A DNA stretch of 64,000 nt from Ardenticatenaceae bacterium (lineage in GTDB: Bacteria > Chloroflexota > Anaerolineae > Promineifilales > Promineifilaceae): positions 165,286 to 229,285 of the forward strand of contig JACKBV010000002.1 in NCBI GenBank assembly GCA_020634315.1. Reading direction: 5' to 3'. Numbering within the stretch: the first letter of the stretch is position 1; each line of letters begins with the position of its first letter. The position numbers and the translations under genes are program-made. Below, piece by piece: positions 41,701 to 52,308 of this stretch. Below the pieces are notes generated by a model. That model saw only the letters and a program-made list of their open reading frames with translations. It made no database searches and was not told the origin of the DNA.

Positions 41701-44700
41701 TGGCATAATCGCGCAATGACAAATCATCGCGGCGCGGAATGTCAAACTCGCTGCGAATGGCGGCAAAGGTTTCCGCCTGTTTCACCGTGTCAATGCCCAA
41801 ATCCGCTTCCAGGTCGAGGTCAAGATCGAGCATATCGGTGGGATAGCCGGTTTGCTCGGCCACAATTTGCAGCACTTTGTCGGCAACGGGATCAGCCACG
41901 GCCGTTTCCAGGGTTGGCTCCGGCAGCGGTGCTGGCGGGGGCGGCGCAGAGGGAACGGCCGTTTCTGCCACCACCTTTTCCACAACCGGCATACGCACCG
42001 GCTCTGGGGCAACGGCCATCGGCGCGGCTTGCACTGGCGGCTCCGGAATAACCATCCGCGCAGGCGCGGTTGTGGGCGTTGGCGCCCCATCCTGCCCCGT
42101 CAAAGTGCGCATGATGGGGCCAGTTCCCGGCTGCCAGCGGCTGGGGAGCGGGTACCGCTGCGGCACGCCGTTGGCCTGGATGCGTAAGATGCGTTTGTTA
42201 ACGGCCGTTTCCACCTGGTCATAGCCGCTGATGTCCTCCAGCCAGCGCCGATATTGCGCCGGACTGTCCACCCGATCCAGTGCGCCAGGGATGCGCCGCG
42301 TCAACGTCATCGCAATTTGTGAACCAAAACCCGCCGCCAGATGCAGCGCATACTGCACCGGATAACGTCCGCCGCGGCTCAAGTTCAACGGCCCCAGGTC
42401 TGGGTCAACTTCCCGGAAATTGGGCACAGGCGGCACAATGCCATATTCCAAAATCTTCACGGCAATGACATCTTCCACACCGACACCCATTGGATGGCCG
42501 GTAAACCCTTTCGTATTGGCGACAATGATTTCACGCGCCACGTCGCCAAACGTGTGGCGCAGCGCTTCCACTTCGGCGGCAGCGCTGCCACCGCGTGCCG
42601 GTGTGTATGTCTCGTGCGACATAAAGACCATCTGCGGAGCCATGGCCTGCCGGTTCAAGCCAAAACGGCGCTCGGCCGATGTCACCAGGCTGTTCATCAC
42701 CTGGGCGATGTGGTGTACGTCCAGACGCGTGCCATGAAATGCGCTGTTGTTTGTTTCACTGGCAAGCAGTTCGACAACGCCGCGCATCCCGCGTTCGCGC
42801 ATGGCATCTTCGCTCTCCACAATCAGCCCCGCCGCGCCCATGCCCATCAACGTGCCATGACGGCGACGATCAAAGGGCAAGGCGACTTCGGCGACACGAT
42901 CTTCGGTCGCTGCCGCACCAACGGCCAGGAAACCGGCACCGACCCATTCCATCAAGTTGTCTCCGGTCACATTGTCGGCGGCAATGATGATGACGCGGCG
43001 GCAACGGCCGTTGCGAATCCAATCTTCAGCAATCGCCACCGCCTGCGCCGTGCTGGCACAAGCCGCATTCACCTGCGTATTGGGGCCGCGTGCGCCGATG
43101 TACTCGGCAAACTGGCTGTGTCCCATTGCCAGGATACGGAACAAAAAGCGGCGATCAAAAATGTATGGCTCGCGCTGCAACGCCTCGCGCAAAGTGTTGA
43201 TGCGCCGATCTAGTTCGCGCAGCGTGTCGGCGTCGCGGGTATAGGCACGCACATCTTGCAGCATTTGCAGTTGATCAAGCCGGTTTTGGAAGGTGAAATA
43301 GCGCCCCATTTCCTCGGCAAAGCGGTCGCCGCCGGGGAAGGCGCTGGCAAAAATGACGCCCGTTTCATCGCGCAATGGTTCTGGCAGCAGCCAGCGATCC
43401 GGCAAAAATTTGTCGGTGGTGGTGCGGCGGAAGGTTTGCACGAGAGGGATACCCGCCTCGCGCAGGGCGTCAAAACCGGCGGCCATTGCCAACTGCGTCG
43501 TGCTGTCCAGCGCCTCGACGAGTTTTTCTGGCACGCCGTACTCTTCGGTTAAGTTGAAATAGCCGGGGCGACCTGCCAACTTGATGACATCGTCGGGGTC
43601 GTTAATGGTCTCGAAACGGCCGTTTCCCTCTGCATCCTTCACCAGGCGCGTGATTTGCTTGGCTAAAATGCGCTGGCGAAAGCGCTCCGGAATCAGGTCT
43701 ACAAACTGCTCGCCGCGCAAAATCCGCAGCGCATTATCCGGGTCCATCACCGATTTTTCCGCGCCGGGCAGCCCCAACCCCGTGCCGCTGATAACCACCG
43801 AGCCGCTGGGGACGGCATTGCGGTCATAGGCCAGCAGTGGCGGCTGCACAGCAGGTGCTTGCGCCGTCGCCGCTTGCTGAATTGCTTGCGTCAATAATTC
43901 GACAACGGCCGTTAACGAGCCGCCATTTTGTGATAAAGCCATGTCCTCATTCCTCTCTACTGATTCGACCAACACCGCTGCCTGCTCGCCGACTGTTTGC
44001 CCATATCCCGCCGCATACAGCGCACATAACGCCATATTCAAACTCGGCAAAGTCCCCGTCTTGGGGTGATTGGTCAAAATCGGCAGCACATCCGTTTGCG
44101 CGGCAAACACATCACGGGCAAACCCTTGCAGCGCCCGCTTGGGGCCAACCTCGACAAAGGCACGCACGCCAGCGTTGTAGAGCGTGTGCAGCCCCTTCAC
44201 CCATTGCACCGGCGAGGCAACTTGCTGTTGCAGCACATCCTTAATGCCCTCCACCGTTGTCGGGTAAAAGCCGCCAGTCAAATTGGCAACAAGCGGCAGT
44301 TTGGGGGGAGCGATGTGCAGCCGGTCAAGTACCTGGCGCAGGGGTTTGCTGGCCGGAGCGACAATTTCTGTGTGGAAGGCGTGGCTGACGGGGATGGGAA
44401 TGGCGCGGTATCCTTTTTCGGTGAACAGTTTAACGGCCGTATCCACCGCTTTACTCGCCCCACCAATCACACTCTGGCTGTGACTGTTAATATTGGCAGG
44501 AACAACATAGCCATCCACCTCGGCTAACGTTGCTTCCACCACATCCAATGGGGCGAGAATGGCCGCCATACGGCCGTTATCCGCCACATTGACCTTGCTC
44601 ATCTCATCGCCACGCGCGGCCGCCGCTTCCAGCGCATCGGCAAATGGCATCACGCCCGCGGCAATCAGCGCCGCATATTCGCCCAGCGAATGCCCCATCA

Positions 44701-46780
44701 CCATGTCCGGCTTAAAGCCATACGTCTCCAGCAATTTCAACATGGCAATGTCCAGCGTCAACATCGCTGGCTGCGTGATTTCCGTCTGCATCAAAGCCAG
44801 TTCCGCCTGCATCATCGCCTGGCGGTCATCGCTGTCCACAAAAATGTAATCGGTGAGCGGCTTGCCCAAAATCGGCGTCATGACGCGGTCGGCCTCGGCA
44901 AACACCGTGGCGACCACCGGCGACAAGGCCACCAGCTCGCGCCCCATATTCACATACTGGCTGCCCTGTCCGGGGAAAAGAAAGGCTAACTTGCCCGGTG
45001 CGGTGCCACGCCCACGAAAAATGCCTTGCGCCTCCAGCGCTTTCCACGCTTTGGCATCGTCGCTCTGGCAAAGGCGCTGCGCTTTTTGCAGCCGTCCCAG
45101 CAGTTCCTCGCGGTCGCCAAAATCAATCAGCAAGCGTTCGGGGGATTGGAGAACGGCCGTTTCCGGCACAACTCGCGGCGGCGTCCAGCCAGCCTGCACA
45201 TCTCGCAGCGCCTTCTCCACCTGCGCCCGCAGGTCAGTGGATGAGGCGGCACCCAACGCCAAAATACCGCGCACAGGTGTTGGCACCTTATCCGCAGCAC
45301 GTTGGCTCCCGACCTGTAAATTTCCATTTCCCCGTGCCTGCGCCGCCGTCGTTTGGCGCTGCGCGGCCAACATCCCCGGCACATGTTCCTCCAACACGAC
45401 GTGAAAATTCGTGCCGCCAAAGCCATAGGCACTGACACCACAGCGGCGCGGTGCGCCAGCCGGTTTTGTCCAGGGCGTAGCCTCGTGAACGAGGTAAAAA
45501 GGTGTGTTGGCAAAATCAATGTTGGGATTGGGCACGGCCGCATTTAACGTGGGCGGCAGCGTCTTGTGGTACAACGCATACACCGCTTTCAGCAGCCCGG
45601 CAGCGCCTGCGCCTGCTTTCAAATGGCCGATGTTGCTCTTGGCCGAACCGAGGCCAATGCTGTGGCGTGGCGCGGCATGGAAAATTTGCGCCAGACTTTC
45701 GACTTCGACCACATCGCCGACGCGGGTGCTGGTTCCGTGCGCTTCCACCAGGGTCGCCGTTGCCGGGTCCAGCCCGGCGCTTTCCCAGGCACGTTGAATG
45801 GCAAGCTGCTGCCCCAACGGATTGGGCGCGGTGATGCCTTTGCCTTTGCCGTCGCTGGCGCCACCAACGCCGCGAATGACGGCGTAAATGCGGTCGCCAT
45901 CTCGTTCGGCGTCAGCCAATCGTTTTAGCAAAAAGGCGGCGGCCCCTTCGCCCATGACAAACCCGTCTGCGCCATCGCTAAACGGCCGTGTTCCGGTCGC
46001 GCTCAATGCGCCAATTTTGCAAAATTTGACGAAGCTGGAGATGCCCATGTTGCGGTCGACGCCACCGGTAACGGCCGTATCCACCTTATGCTCCGTCAGC
46101 AGTTCAATGGCCGCTTCCAACGCCGCCAGGCTCGAAGCACAGGCAGCATCCGTGATGAAATTCGGGCCGCGCAAATCCAGCACATTCGCCACACGCCCGG
46201 AAACGATGTTGGGCAGTTCGCCCGGCATAGAATCTTCAGTGATGGGCGGGAAGACATCGGCAATGACACCCTGATACCCACTGAGAATGGCCTGGCGCGT
46301 GGCGGCAGGCAGTCCGGCAAATTCGGGCACGCTTTCCAGGGCGTGCGCATATTCGGGAAAAGCAATGCGCTGATTGGTGATGTAGTGGAGTTCGCCCCCC
46401 ATAGCCGTGCCCAAGATAACGGCCGTTCGTTCCGTGTTTAACGGCTTTTGCGGATACCCATAATCGGCCAACGCCTCCGCCGCAACCGTGAGCGCCCACT
46501 GCTGCCCCATATCCATCGCGTCCGCCACCTTTGGCGGAATGCGGAAACGCTTCCAGTCAAAATTAAACCCGCGCACCCAACCACCAATTTTGCTGTATGT
46601 TTTGTCTGGCGCTTTGGGGTCAGGATCATAATAATCGGCAATCGACCAGCGGTTTGGCGGCGTCTCGGTAATGCTGTACCGCTTATTGACAATATTTTGC
46701 CAAAACGCCGCCGCGTGCAAAGCATCTGGCAAAATGGCTCCCACCCCGACAATGGCAATCGCGCGTTCTGCACTATCCAT
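38759..46780 (-). CDS. PUFA-synthase/PfaA-like iterative type I polyketide synthase. Inferred domain order: KS - AT - second KS-like - ACP - ACP - KR - DH (2673 aa).
   Basis: KS1 DAACASSL / EAHGTST / KSNIGHL. AT GHSLGE / AFHT. KS2 [14 protein letters not shown] / SHETYT / KGFTGHPMG. Two about 85-aa carrier-like repeats (...[23 protein letters not shown]). KR Rossmann plus YSAAN. PKS-type [24 protein letters not shown] Shine-Dalgarno before ATG 46780. Confidence 0.9.
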   Translation of the reverse strand: MDSAERAIAIVGVGAILPDALHAAAFWQNIVNKRYSITETPPNRWSIADYYDPDPKAPDKTYSKIGGWVRGFNFDWKRFRIPPKVADAMDMGQQWALTVAAEALADYGYPQKPLNTERTAVILGTAMGGELHYITNQRIAFPEYAHALESVPEFAGLPAATRQAILSGYQGVIADVFPPITEDSMPGELPNIVSGRVANVLDLRGPNFITDAACASSLAALEAAIELLTEHKVDTAVTGGVDRNMGISSFVKFCKIGALSATGTRPFSDGADGFVMGEGAAAFLLKRLADAERDGDRIYAVIRGVGGASDGKGKGITAPNPLGQQLAIQRAWESAGLDPATATLVEAHGTSTRVGDVVEVESLAQIFHAAPRHSIGLGSAKSNIGHLKAGAGAAGLLKAVYALYHKTLPPTLNAAVPNPNIDFANTPFYLVHEATPWTKPAGAPRRCGVSAYGFGGTNFHVVLEEHVPGMLAAQRQTTAAQARGNGNLQVGSQRAADKVPTPVRGILALGAASSTDLRAQVEKALRDVQAGWTPPRVVPETAVLQSPERLLIDFGDREELLGRLQKAQRLCQSDDAKAWKALEAQGIFRGRGTAPGKLAFLFPGQGSQYVNMGRELVALSPVVATVFAEADRVMTPILGKPLTDYIFVDSDDRQAMMQAELALMQTEITQPAMLTLDIAMLKLLETYGFKPDMVMGHSLGEYAALIAAGVMPFADALEAAAARGDEMSKVNVADNGRMAAILAPLDVVEATLAEVDGYVVPANINSHSQSVIGGASKAVDTAVKLFTEKGYRAIPIPVSHAFHTEIVAPASKPLRQVLDRLHIAPPKLPLVANLTGGFYPTTVEGIKDVLQQQVASPVQWVKGLHTLYNAGVRAFVEVGPKRALQGFARDVFAAQTDVLPILTNHPKTGTLPSLNMALCALYAAGYGQTVGEQAAVLVESVERNEDMALSQNGGSLTAVVELLTQAIQQAATAQAPAVQPPLLAYDRNAVPSGSVVISGTGLGLPGAEKSVMDPDNALRILRGEQFVDLIPERFRQRILAKQITRLVKDAEGNGRFETINDPDDVIKLAGRPGYFNLTEEYGVPEKLVEALDSTTQLAMAAGFDALREAGIPLVQTFRRTTTDKFLPDRWLLPEPLRDETGVIFASAFPGGDRFAEEMGRYFTFQNRLDQLQMLQDVRAYTRDADTLRELDRRINTLREALQREPYIFDRRFLFRILAMGHSQFAEYIGARGPNTQVNAACASTAQAVAIAEDWIRNGRCRRVIIIAADNVTGDNLMEWVGAGFLAVGAAATEDRVAEVALPFDRRRHGTLMGMGAAGLIVESEDAMRERGMRGVVELLASETNNSAFHGTRLDVHHIAQVMNSLVTSAERRFGLNRQAMAPQMVFMSHETYTPARGGSAAAEVEALRHTFGDVAREIIVANTKGFTGHPMGVGVEDVIAVKILEYGIVPPVPNFREVDPDLGPLNLSRGGRYPVQYALHLAAGFGSQIAMTLTRRIPGALDRVDSPAQYRRWLEDISGYDQVETAVNKRILRIQANGVPQRYPLPSRWQPGTGPIMRTLTGQDGAPTPTTAPARMVIPEPPVQAAPMAVAPEPVRMPVVEKVVAETAVPSAPPPPAPLPEPTLETAVADPVADKVLQIVAEQTGYPTDMLDLDLDLEADLGIDTVKQAETFAAIRSEFDIPRRDDLSLRDYATLEKVIGFVYEMRPDLGNQKVAAEPEVVSETAVATLPSTPDAGSFDAVTAKVLEIVAKQTGYPPDMLELDLDLEADLGIDTVKQAETFAAIRSEFDIPRRDDLALRDYTTLEKVIGFVYEMRPDLKVDGVMGEVAGVVPASTRITPSSLENANRVPRRMPVAVLRPALAWCKPTGVTLGADSRVLVALDQGGVGKAVISRLEKRGATVLALDVARPTAELVTQVTAWRHAGAIQGVYWLAALDAEPDLMELDLAAWRELNRQRSKNLYATMRALYDVVNQPGTFLVTATRLGGQHGYGAAGATAPLGGAVVGFAKAYKRERPDVLVKAVDFELSRKTAVFADALLAETETDPGAVEVGYVGEQRVAIGLQERPLPDTPALTLDEHTVFVVTGAAGGITSAIVADLAAASGGIFYLLDLVAAPTRHDAQVQLFRSDKEALKQQLIAAAKAAGERPTPALIEKQLLAIERTEAALRAIEAVEAAGGTAHYHSVNLLDGEAVTAVIADIRTRYGKIDALVHAGGLEISRSLDKKEAREFDLVFDVKADGFFNLLRAAHDLPIAATVVFSSVAGRFGNNGQTDYSAANDLLCKVTSSLRRWRPETRGIALDWTAWGEIGMATRGSIPKIMEMAGIEMLPTAVGIPTVRRELLYGGGELVVGGALGLLTQEWDETGGLDVAQANAWRQEKFGDLLMVGTLQGAMLYGGLAVETTLDPTRQPFLYDHAPDAGTPWLPGVMATEAMAQAALVAASLAAMPEGRVTAVTDVTMSGAFKFFRNEPRTLHLNVVLELPAPGQLLAQTTLHSVTKPVRDGLPQRTQQHFAAQVHLGTAAMAAPTIAFTPPAAESLPIVAETIYESFFHGPAYQVIERAKVVGETAVCLLPATLPPNTDPADATSLMAPRLVELCFQAAALWTQEVKQAMGFPLGIGAVTAQRQPQEAAGKRLYALLRTDDDGETFAGQVVDDDGVVFVELQGYRTVARPLS

Positions 46781-46800
46781 CGTTTACCTCCTTACTTGAC

Positions 46801-46836
46801 CCGTAGCCCGTCATCCCATTCGATGACGGGCTACGG
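46801..46836 (-). promoter_or_regulatory. Intercistronic 15-bp-stem hairpin (CCGTAGCCCGTCATC CCATTC GATGACGGGCTACGG) between the ACAD stop and the PKS Shine-Dalgarno
   Basis: Directly read. On the mRNA it is preceded by AUAAUCCGUA, as is the PKS-PPTase spacer. Confidence 0.5.
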
Positions 46837-46844
46837 ATTATGGT

Positions 46845-48482
46845 CTATGCCGGGAACGCTTTCACGAGCGCCTCGACCGCACAATCCATGTCGGCAATCA
46901 TGCCCGCCTGTGCCTGGTAAATGGCGGGTAAATTAAGCGAGTTCGCCAGGTTGGGGTCGCTTTGCCCCGCGCCAATGGCCCATTGCAAGCCATCGGCAGC
47001 CACCTTTAGCGCCGCCTGACGGGCATAAATGCGTGCCAGGGTTTGGCGTGTCTCTGTGGTCAGGGGAATGGCTGAGGTGGGGTGGCTTGTAACGCGGGCA
47101 GTGAAGGTAGCGGCCGTTTCCGCCCAGGCCACCCATTCACCCAAACGAAACAACATGTGCTGGTTGCGCGTGAGCCGATCCAGACGGCAGCGCTCCATAA
47201 TGGTCGCCAAGGCACGCAGCGCCAACGCCGCCACATCAGCCCCATTTTGTGGTTCTTCGGCATGAACGGCATCCAACCGTGCCGCCCAATCCTGGTAATA
47301 AGCTCCGCGCGACTTGAGATGCTCCTGCCAACGATCACGAGCAATCGTCCATTCCATAATTTCTGATGTGCCTTCGTAAATCGTTGTGATGCGCACATCT
47401 CGTTTGATTTTTTCCACCATGTATTCTTTGGTGTAGCCATAACCGCCCAACGCCTGGATCGCATCTTCGGCGGCGCGGTTGCCCGCTTCGGTGGCCGCAT
47501 ATTTGGCGACAGCCCCTTCCGTTTGCAGTCCGTGCCCCCCTTCTGCGTCCAGTCGTTCCGCTACCCATTCGATATAAGCACGCGCCGCTTCCAGGCGTGC
47601 GGCATTGGGTACGAGTAGTTTGTGCGTATACCCTTGTTTCTGGCTGAGCGGCGCACCCGCTTGCACGCGCTCCTGGCTGTAGCGAATGGCGCGACGCAGT
47701 GCTTCCCAGCCCGCGCCCAGGCCAAATGCGCCAACCATCAGGCGGGTGTAGCCAAAAACAGCTTGTGCCTGCGCCAACCCTTTGCCTTCCACGCCACCAA
47801 CGAGCCGATCCGCAGCTACGTGGACATCTTCTAAAAAGAGGGCGGCTGTGTTGCTGGCACGAATGCCGTGTTTGTCTTCCGGTTTGCCTTTGCCAAAGCC
47901 AGGGGCATCGGCCTCGACAATGAACCAGGAGGGGCCACCGGGCGCATTGGCGAGGATGGTATAGATGTCGGCGACGCCGCCGTTGCTGATCCATTGTTTA
48001 CGGCCGTTTAGCGTATACCCCGTCACCACCCCATCTGTGAGCACCGGTTCCGCCTTCGTGCTCAACGAAGCGAGATCGCTGCCTGCCTGCGGCTCAGTTG
48101 CCCCATAAGCCACCAGCAGCGATTCTTCGGCAACGCGCCCCATCCAGTGCCGCTTTTGTTCCTCCGTGCCCCCGACACTGATGGGATCTGTCCCCAAAAA
48201 AGTCGCCAGAACACCGGTGGCGATGCCCAGATCAATGGCGGCCATTAACTCTGAAACACGGTAAATATCATACGCGCCACCACCCAAACCATCATATGCT
48301 TCAGGAATAAAAAGCAAATGAAGACCTAGCTGCATAGGATCATATAATTCTTGCAATACCTGGCGGGGAAATTCGTCATTGTGATCTAGCTCAATGAGAT
48401 AATCAGGCGTGAGTTTACGCTCCGCATACTTTTTGAGCGTGTCCAAGATCATCTCGCGGGTCTCATCGTCCAATCCGGGCAT
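46845..48482 (-). CDS. Acyl-CoA dehydrogenase family protein with a C-terminal extension
   Basis: [15 protein letters not shown] (ACAD signature). FAD/substrate regions. 545 aa. The stop lies 64 bp upstream of the PKS start. Confidence 0.85.
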   Translation of the reverse strand: MPGLDDETREMILDTLKKYAERKLTPDYLIELDHNDEFPRQVLQELYDPMQLGLHLLFIPEAYDGLGGGAYDIYRVSELMAAIDLGIATGVLATFLGTDPISVGGTEEQKRHWMGRVAEESLLVAYGATEPQAGSDLASLSTKAEPVLTDGVVTGYTLNGRKQWISNGGVADIYTILANAPGGPSWFIVEADAPGFGKGKPEDKHGIRASNTAALFLEDVHVAADRLVGGVEGKGLAQAQAVFGYTRLMVGAFGLGAGWEALRRAIRYSQERVQAGAPLSQKQGYTHKLLVPNAARLEAARAYIEWVAERLDAEGGHGLQTEGAVAKYAATEAGNRAAEDAIQALGGYGYTKEYMVEKIKRDVRITTIYEGTSEIMEWTIARDRWQEHLKSRGAYYQDWAARLDAVHAEEPQNGADVAALALRALATIMERCRLDRLTRNQHMLFRLGEWVAWAETAATFTARVTSHPTSAIPLTTETRQTLARIYARQAALKVAADGLQWAIGAGQSDPNLANSLNLPAIYQAQAGMIADMDCAVEALVKAFPA

Positions 48483-48588
48483 CTTTCACCTTCCTGTCTC
48501 CTTTATCAAGATTCAGGCTCCCCAGGCTTTTATTCAATTTTTGCGAGTTGGTGGCAGTGGCAAAATCGATGATGGGGGCAAAAAAAAA

Positions 48589-48640
48589 GCATCCTCAAAA
48601 GTGCTAACACACTTTAGGATGCTCCCCTTTTGTTTTGTTT
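48589..48640. terminator. Bidirectional terminator-like hairpin (A9 - GCATCCTCAAAAGTG...CACTTTAGGATGC - T-rich)
   Basis: Flanked by GGCAAAAAAAAA and CCCCTTTTGTTTTG. Would terminate the minus-strand cNMP-binding gene. Confidence 0.55.
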
Positions 48641-48692
48641 ATTGGTTCGCTAACTACCGAAAAACATTGTAACAATTTTCACAATGGCGAAA

Positions 48693-48708
48693 GAGTGACA
48701 AATGTCAC
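48693..48708. promoter_or_regulatory. CRP/FNR-type palindrome aGTGACAAATGTCACA (GTGACA-AA-TGTCAC perfect inverted repeat)
   Basis: Matches TGTGA-N6-TCACA with one mismatch. Lies between the cNMP-binding gene stop and the terminator hairpin. Confidence 0.3.
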
Positions 48709-48803
48709 ATTAATCATATGAACAATGACTGTAGCCTTATTTTAGGTGTGGGGTTTGGGTGTGAAGGGCATTGGACAGGCACAATGGACGGCTCCCCCGC
48801 TGC

Positions 48804-49319
48804 TTATTTGCCCACATTGTTTGCGGTGTCTGACAACATTAACTGGTACTGACGAATGGTTAAGTCAGTGTGGCGAATTTTCAAGGCGAGATCGGCCGCC
48901 AGGTTTTTCATGACTTTATAGCCCAACTCAGGATACGTATTGCACAAAAACATCAGGCGCTCACGGGAAATGCGCAACACATAGGTTTTGTCGCGGCTGA
49001 TGCGAACAGTGGCTGAGCGAATACCCTGATCAACCAATGACACTTCCCCAAACACCTGTCCCGGACGTAATTCGGCGACCACAACGGATTCCATTTCTTG
49101 CTGTGTGGCGGAGACAAATCCCGGATTGACTAAAATTTCAACTGCGCCTTCGCCAATCACGTACATTTCATCCGTGCTTTCGTTTTCTTGGATGAGGATC
49201 TCCCCTTTGCTGTAAATCGCTGGCTCGCAAATGGCAGCAACCAGTTGTAGTTGTGTGTCGGTTAAACTATCGAAAATCTCAGCCAGGGCAAGAATGGGAA
49301 TAACAGGTTTCGTCATCAA
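48804..49319 (-). CDS. Stand-alone cyclic-nucleotide-binding domain protein (no DNA-binding domain)
   Basis: cNMP-binding beta-roll: GEILIQENESTDEMYVIGEGAVEI ... GQVFGEVSLVDQGIRSATV. 171 aa. Confidence 0.7.
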   Translation of the reverse strand: MMTKPVIPILALAEIFDSLTDTQLQLVAAICEPAIYSKGEILIQENESTDEMYVIGEGAVEILVNPGFVSATQQEMESVVVAELRPGQVFGEVSLVDQGIRSATVRISRDKTYVLRISRERLMFLCNTYPELGYKVMKNLAADLALKIRHTDLTIRQYQLMLSDTANNVGK

Positions 49320-49346
49320 TTCTTTTGCTCCATACGCCTGCCGCTT

Positions 49347-49997
49347 TTAGACAGTGTCGCTCTTTGCGGGCAGGTGCGATGTGATAAATCCGGACATTAG
49401 TATATCACTATCTTGTGAAAAGTGGGCTTTGCAAATGGCGGTGTTGGGCATGCGGACGGATTCCAGGAAACGGCCGTATCGCCGCATCGTCTCCGCAGTA
49501 GCCACAGTTGTCCCCGTCAAAAGAAACCAGATCAACGCACGTAAAAACATACCGTGACTAAAAACAGCAATAAAATCAGCCGGATGTGCCTTTAAGCGAG
49601 CAGTTAGAGCATGCACACGGTCTAGCAACTCAGCAAAAGACTCGCCATCACCATCTTTATAATGCGGATCATTGCGTTCCCAGTAAGCACGCGCAAAGGG
49701 AGCACGGTCGCTGCCGGTTGTGCCATCATAACGTTGTGGATCAAGATACGTGAATTCATAAACCGGCCACTCGACAACCGGCACCGGATCAAAGTGTGTG
49801 ATCGTGGGAACGGCCGTTTGCCGGGCGCGTACATATGGAGACACCACAATCAAATCCGGCTTGCGCGGAAACGCCTGCACCACATACTGCGCTTCCAACT
49901 CCCCATGCGGCGTTAATTGCGATTCCTCCGGATGCACAGTCGGCAAATTCGCGTTTGAGACACTCTCTCCATGTCTGATCAACCAGACAATTGGCAT
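49347..49997 (-). CDS. Histidine phosphatase superfamily (phosphoglycerate mutase-like) protein
   Basis: RHG motif in MPIVWLIRHGESVSNAN; later HG. Start ATG 49997 with GGTGAGGG upstream. Confidence 0.7.
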   Translation of the reverse strand: MPIVWLIRHGESVSNANLPTVHPEESQLTPHGELEAQYVVQAFPRKPDLIVVSPYVRARQTAVPTITHFDPVPVVEWPVYEFTYLDPQRYDGTTGSDRAPFARAYWERNDPHYKDGDGESFAELLDRVHALTARLKAHPADFIAVFSHGMFLRALIWFLLTGTTVATAETMRRYGRFLESVRMPNTAICKAHFSQDSDILMSGFITSHLPAKSDTV

Positions 49998-50131
49998 AAT
50001 ATAACCCTCACCATAAAAAAATATTTCGACCCGTTTCAGTGTACCAAAAGAGCCGCAAACAATCAGCATTACAAACAAAAAAGGCCTATTGGAAACACCA
50101 ACAGGCCTTCATACTACATTCTCTATCGGTG

Positions 50132-51097
50132 CTACAACCCACGTTCACCGCGAATATACGGCACACCCAATGCGGCCGGCGCACCCAACCGCTTGCGCGT
50201 AGCTGCCCGCGACCCCAACATCAAGGCCAAAATCGTCAACACATAGGGCATCATCTGCAAGAAAAAGCCATAATTCGAGTTAATGTACAGTGGATTTGTG
50301 AAGCCTAATAACACAGATGGCCCTTGCAAATCCAAAATACCACGCCGCAATGCCCCAAACAAATAACCACCCAACGCCGCGCGTAATGGATCCCACTGCG
50401 CAAAAATGACCAGCCCAACAGCAATCCACCCTTGCCCTGATGTCGTTTGGGAACTGTACCAGCCCGGCGACACAGACAGGCTAATCGTTGCTCCGGCCAA
50501 ACCTGCCAGACAGCCACCCACAAACACATAAAGATACCGCAGCCGATAAACGTTAATGCCCATCGTATCGGCCGCTTCCGGCTTTTCGCCCACAGCCCGC
50601 AAATGCATCCCTGGACGAGTGCGATTGATGAAATACCAGCACAGCGGCGCAAAAATATAGCCGACATACACGAGCAAACTGTGATCTTCAAAAAAGACCG
50701 GGCCAATAAACGGGATAGAAGCCAACAAGGGAATGTCAAAAGAAGGCACCAGGGGCGGCGTTTGCCCGGTCAATCCTTCACCAAAAACCAACGCCAATCC
50801 TGTGCCTAAAAATGTCAGCGACAAGCCACTAACCACCTGATCGGCCTGGAAATGGATCGTGACCAGTCCATGCGCCAGACTTAAAACACCTCCGGCCAAA
50901 ATGGCAACCAGCAGCCCCAACCAGACATTTTGAGTCGCCAGCGATGTGCTAAACCCGGCCATCGCCCCCAACAGCATCATGCCTTCCACACCCAGGTTAA
51001 GAATACCTGAGCGCTCGGCAAAAATTTCGCCAATGGCGGCAAAAAGGAGAATGGTTCCGGTGGCTAAACCTGCGTGCAAGATGATGATGGGGTTCAT
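50132..51097 (-). CDS. ABC transporter permease (BMP/nucleoside-type uptake system, second permease)
   Basis: Multi-TM, about 320 aa. 4-bp overlap with the upstream permease gene. Confidence 0.8.
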   Translation of the reverse strand: MNPIIILHAGLATGTILLFAAIGEIFAERSGILNLGVEGMMLLGAMAGFSTSLATQNVWLGLLVAILAGGVLSLAHGLVTIHFQADQVVSGLSLTFLGTGLALVFGEGLTGQTPPLVPSFDIPLLASIPFIGPVFFEDHSLLVYVGYIFAPLCWYFINRTRPGMHLRAVGEKPEAADTMGINVYRLRYLYVFVGGCLAGLAGATISLSVSPGWYSSQTTSGQGWIAVGLVIFAQWDPLRAALGGYLFGALRRGILDLQGPSVLLGFTNPLYINSNYGFFLQMMPYVLTILALMLGSRAATRKRLGAPAALGVPYIRGERGL

Positions 51098-52254
51098 GCG
51101 GCCTCCGTGACAGCCTGGGAGCGAACCAGGCGAATTTTGTAGCGCAACAAAACATCGCTGCTAATGACCATGAACAAAATGATGCCTTGTAACAACTGCG
51201 ACAACCCGGATGGCTGAATCTCGCGCCCGGCCACGATCAATGCGCCAAACAAAATGGAGACGATGATGACCGCAAATGGGTTGAGTTTTGCCAACCAGGC
51301 AACGATGATGCCGGTGAAGCCATATCCGGGGGAAATGCGCTCTTGCAGCCGATGAACTACACCGCTGATTTCGGCCATTCCGGCCAGGCCAGCCAATGCA
51401 CCAGAAACCATCATCACCAACACAATGTTGCGCGTAATGTTCAGACCGGCATAGCGAGCTGCTTTCGGATTATCGCCAATCAGTTTGATTTCGTAGCCCC
51501 AACTGCTGCGTGCTAACATCCACCAAACGATAACGGCCGCTACCACCCCAAAAGCGACACCACCATGCAGTGTCATGCCCGAAATTCTATCAAGGCCGAT
51601 GCTGCTTAAGAAATTGGCGAGTGGCCCACCGGCAGCGATAAAGTCGCCATACTCACGGGCGTAATCAGTGATACGTGGCAGCCATGCTGATTTTTCAAAC
51701 ACAGGCGTCATTTGGAAACCGGCATCGCTCCAGCGGTCGAAAATCCAGAAATTGTTCCAGAAAACGGCAATGTAGTTAAGCATTAACGTGGTGATGATTT
51801 CGTTGAGGTTGAAGCGTGCTTTCAGGTAGCCAGGGAAAAAGCCCCAAACCGCGCCGCCGATCAGCCCCATGAGAGCCATGGCACCAATCACCACGACTTT
51901 GGGACTGTCCAGGGGAACCAGGGGCACCAACACCACCGTGCTGGCGAAAAATGCGCCCATGTAAAATTGTCCCTCAGCGCCAATGTTCCACAATTTCATT
52001 TTGAAGGCGATGGTGCAGGCGAGACCGACTAAAATTAGCGGTGTGGCTTTTACCATTGTGTCGGAAAATGTGGCCCAACTGCCAAATGTGGCTTCGTAAA
52101 AGAATTTGGCGACGCGCAGCGGTTCCCCGCCAATGAGTTTGAGAATAATGCCGCTGACGATAAAAGCGATGACTACTGAGCCAAGTGAGGTGGCGGCAGG
52201 CAGCCATTTGGGAATGTCTTCAACACGTTTTTCAAATTGGAGCTTATATGGCAT
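51094..52254 (-). CDS. ABC transporter permease (BMP/nucleoside-type uptake system, first permease)
   Basis: Multi-TM, 386 aa. Follows the ATPase gene. Confidence 0.8.
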   Translation of the reverse strand: MPYKLQFEKRVEDIPKWLPAATSLGSVVIAFIVSGIILKLIGGEPLRVAKFFYEATFGSWATFSDTMVKATPLILVGLACTIAFKMKLWNIGAEGQFYMGAFFASTVVLVPLVPLDSPKVVVIGAMALMGLIGGAVWGFFPGYLKARFNLNEIITTLMLNYIAVFWNNFWIFDRWSDAGFQMTPVFEKSAWLPRITDYAREYGDFIAAGGPLANFLSSIGLDRISGMTLHGGVAFGVVAAVIVWWMLARSSWGYEIKLIGDNPKAARYAGLNITRNIVLVMMVSGALAGLAGMAEISGVVHRLQERISPGYGFTGIIVAWLAKLNPFAVIIVSILFGALIVAGREIQPSGLSQLLQGIILFMVISSDVLLRYKIRLVRSQAVTEAA

Positions 52255-52308
52255 GTCACTATTCCATTTTAGCTGTGTAATGGGTTACACGGCTAACGCA
52301 TCAGCGCC

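Noticed and set aside
39131-46936. Numerous plus-strand ORFs of 100-400 aa (e.g. 39131-40315, 40427-41281, 42341-43213) overlapping the PKS gene
   Set aside because: Arg/Pro/His-rich low-complexity translations antisense to a domain-complete PKS reading frame. Rejected as non-coding.
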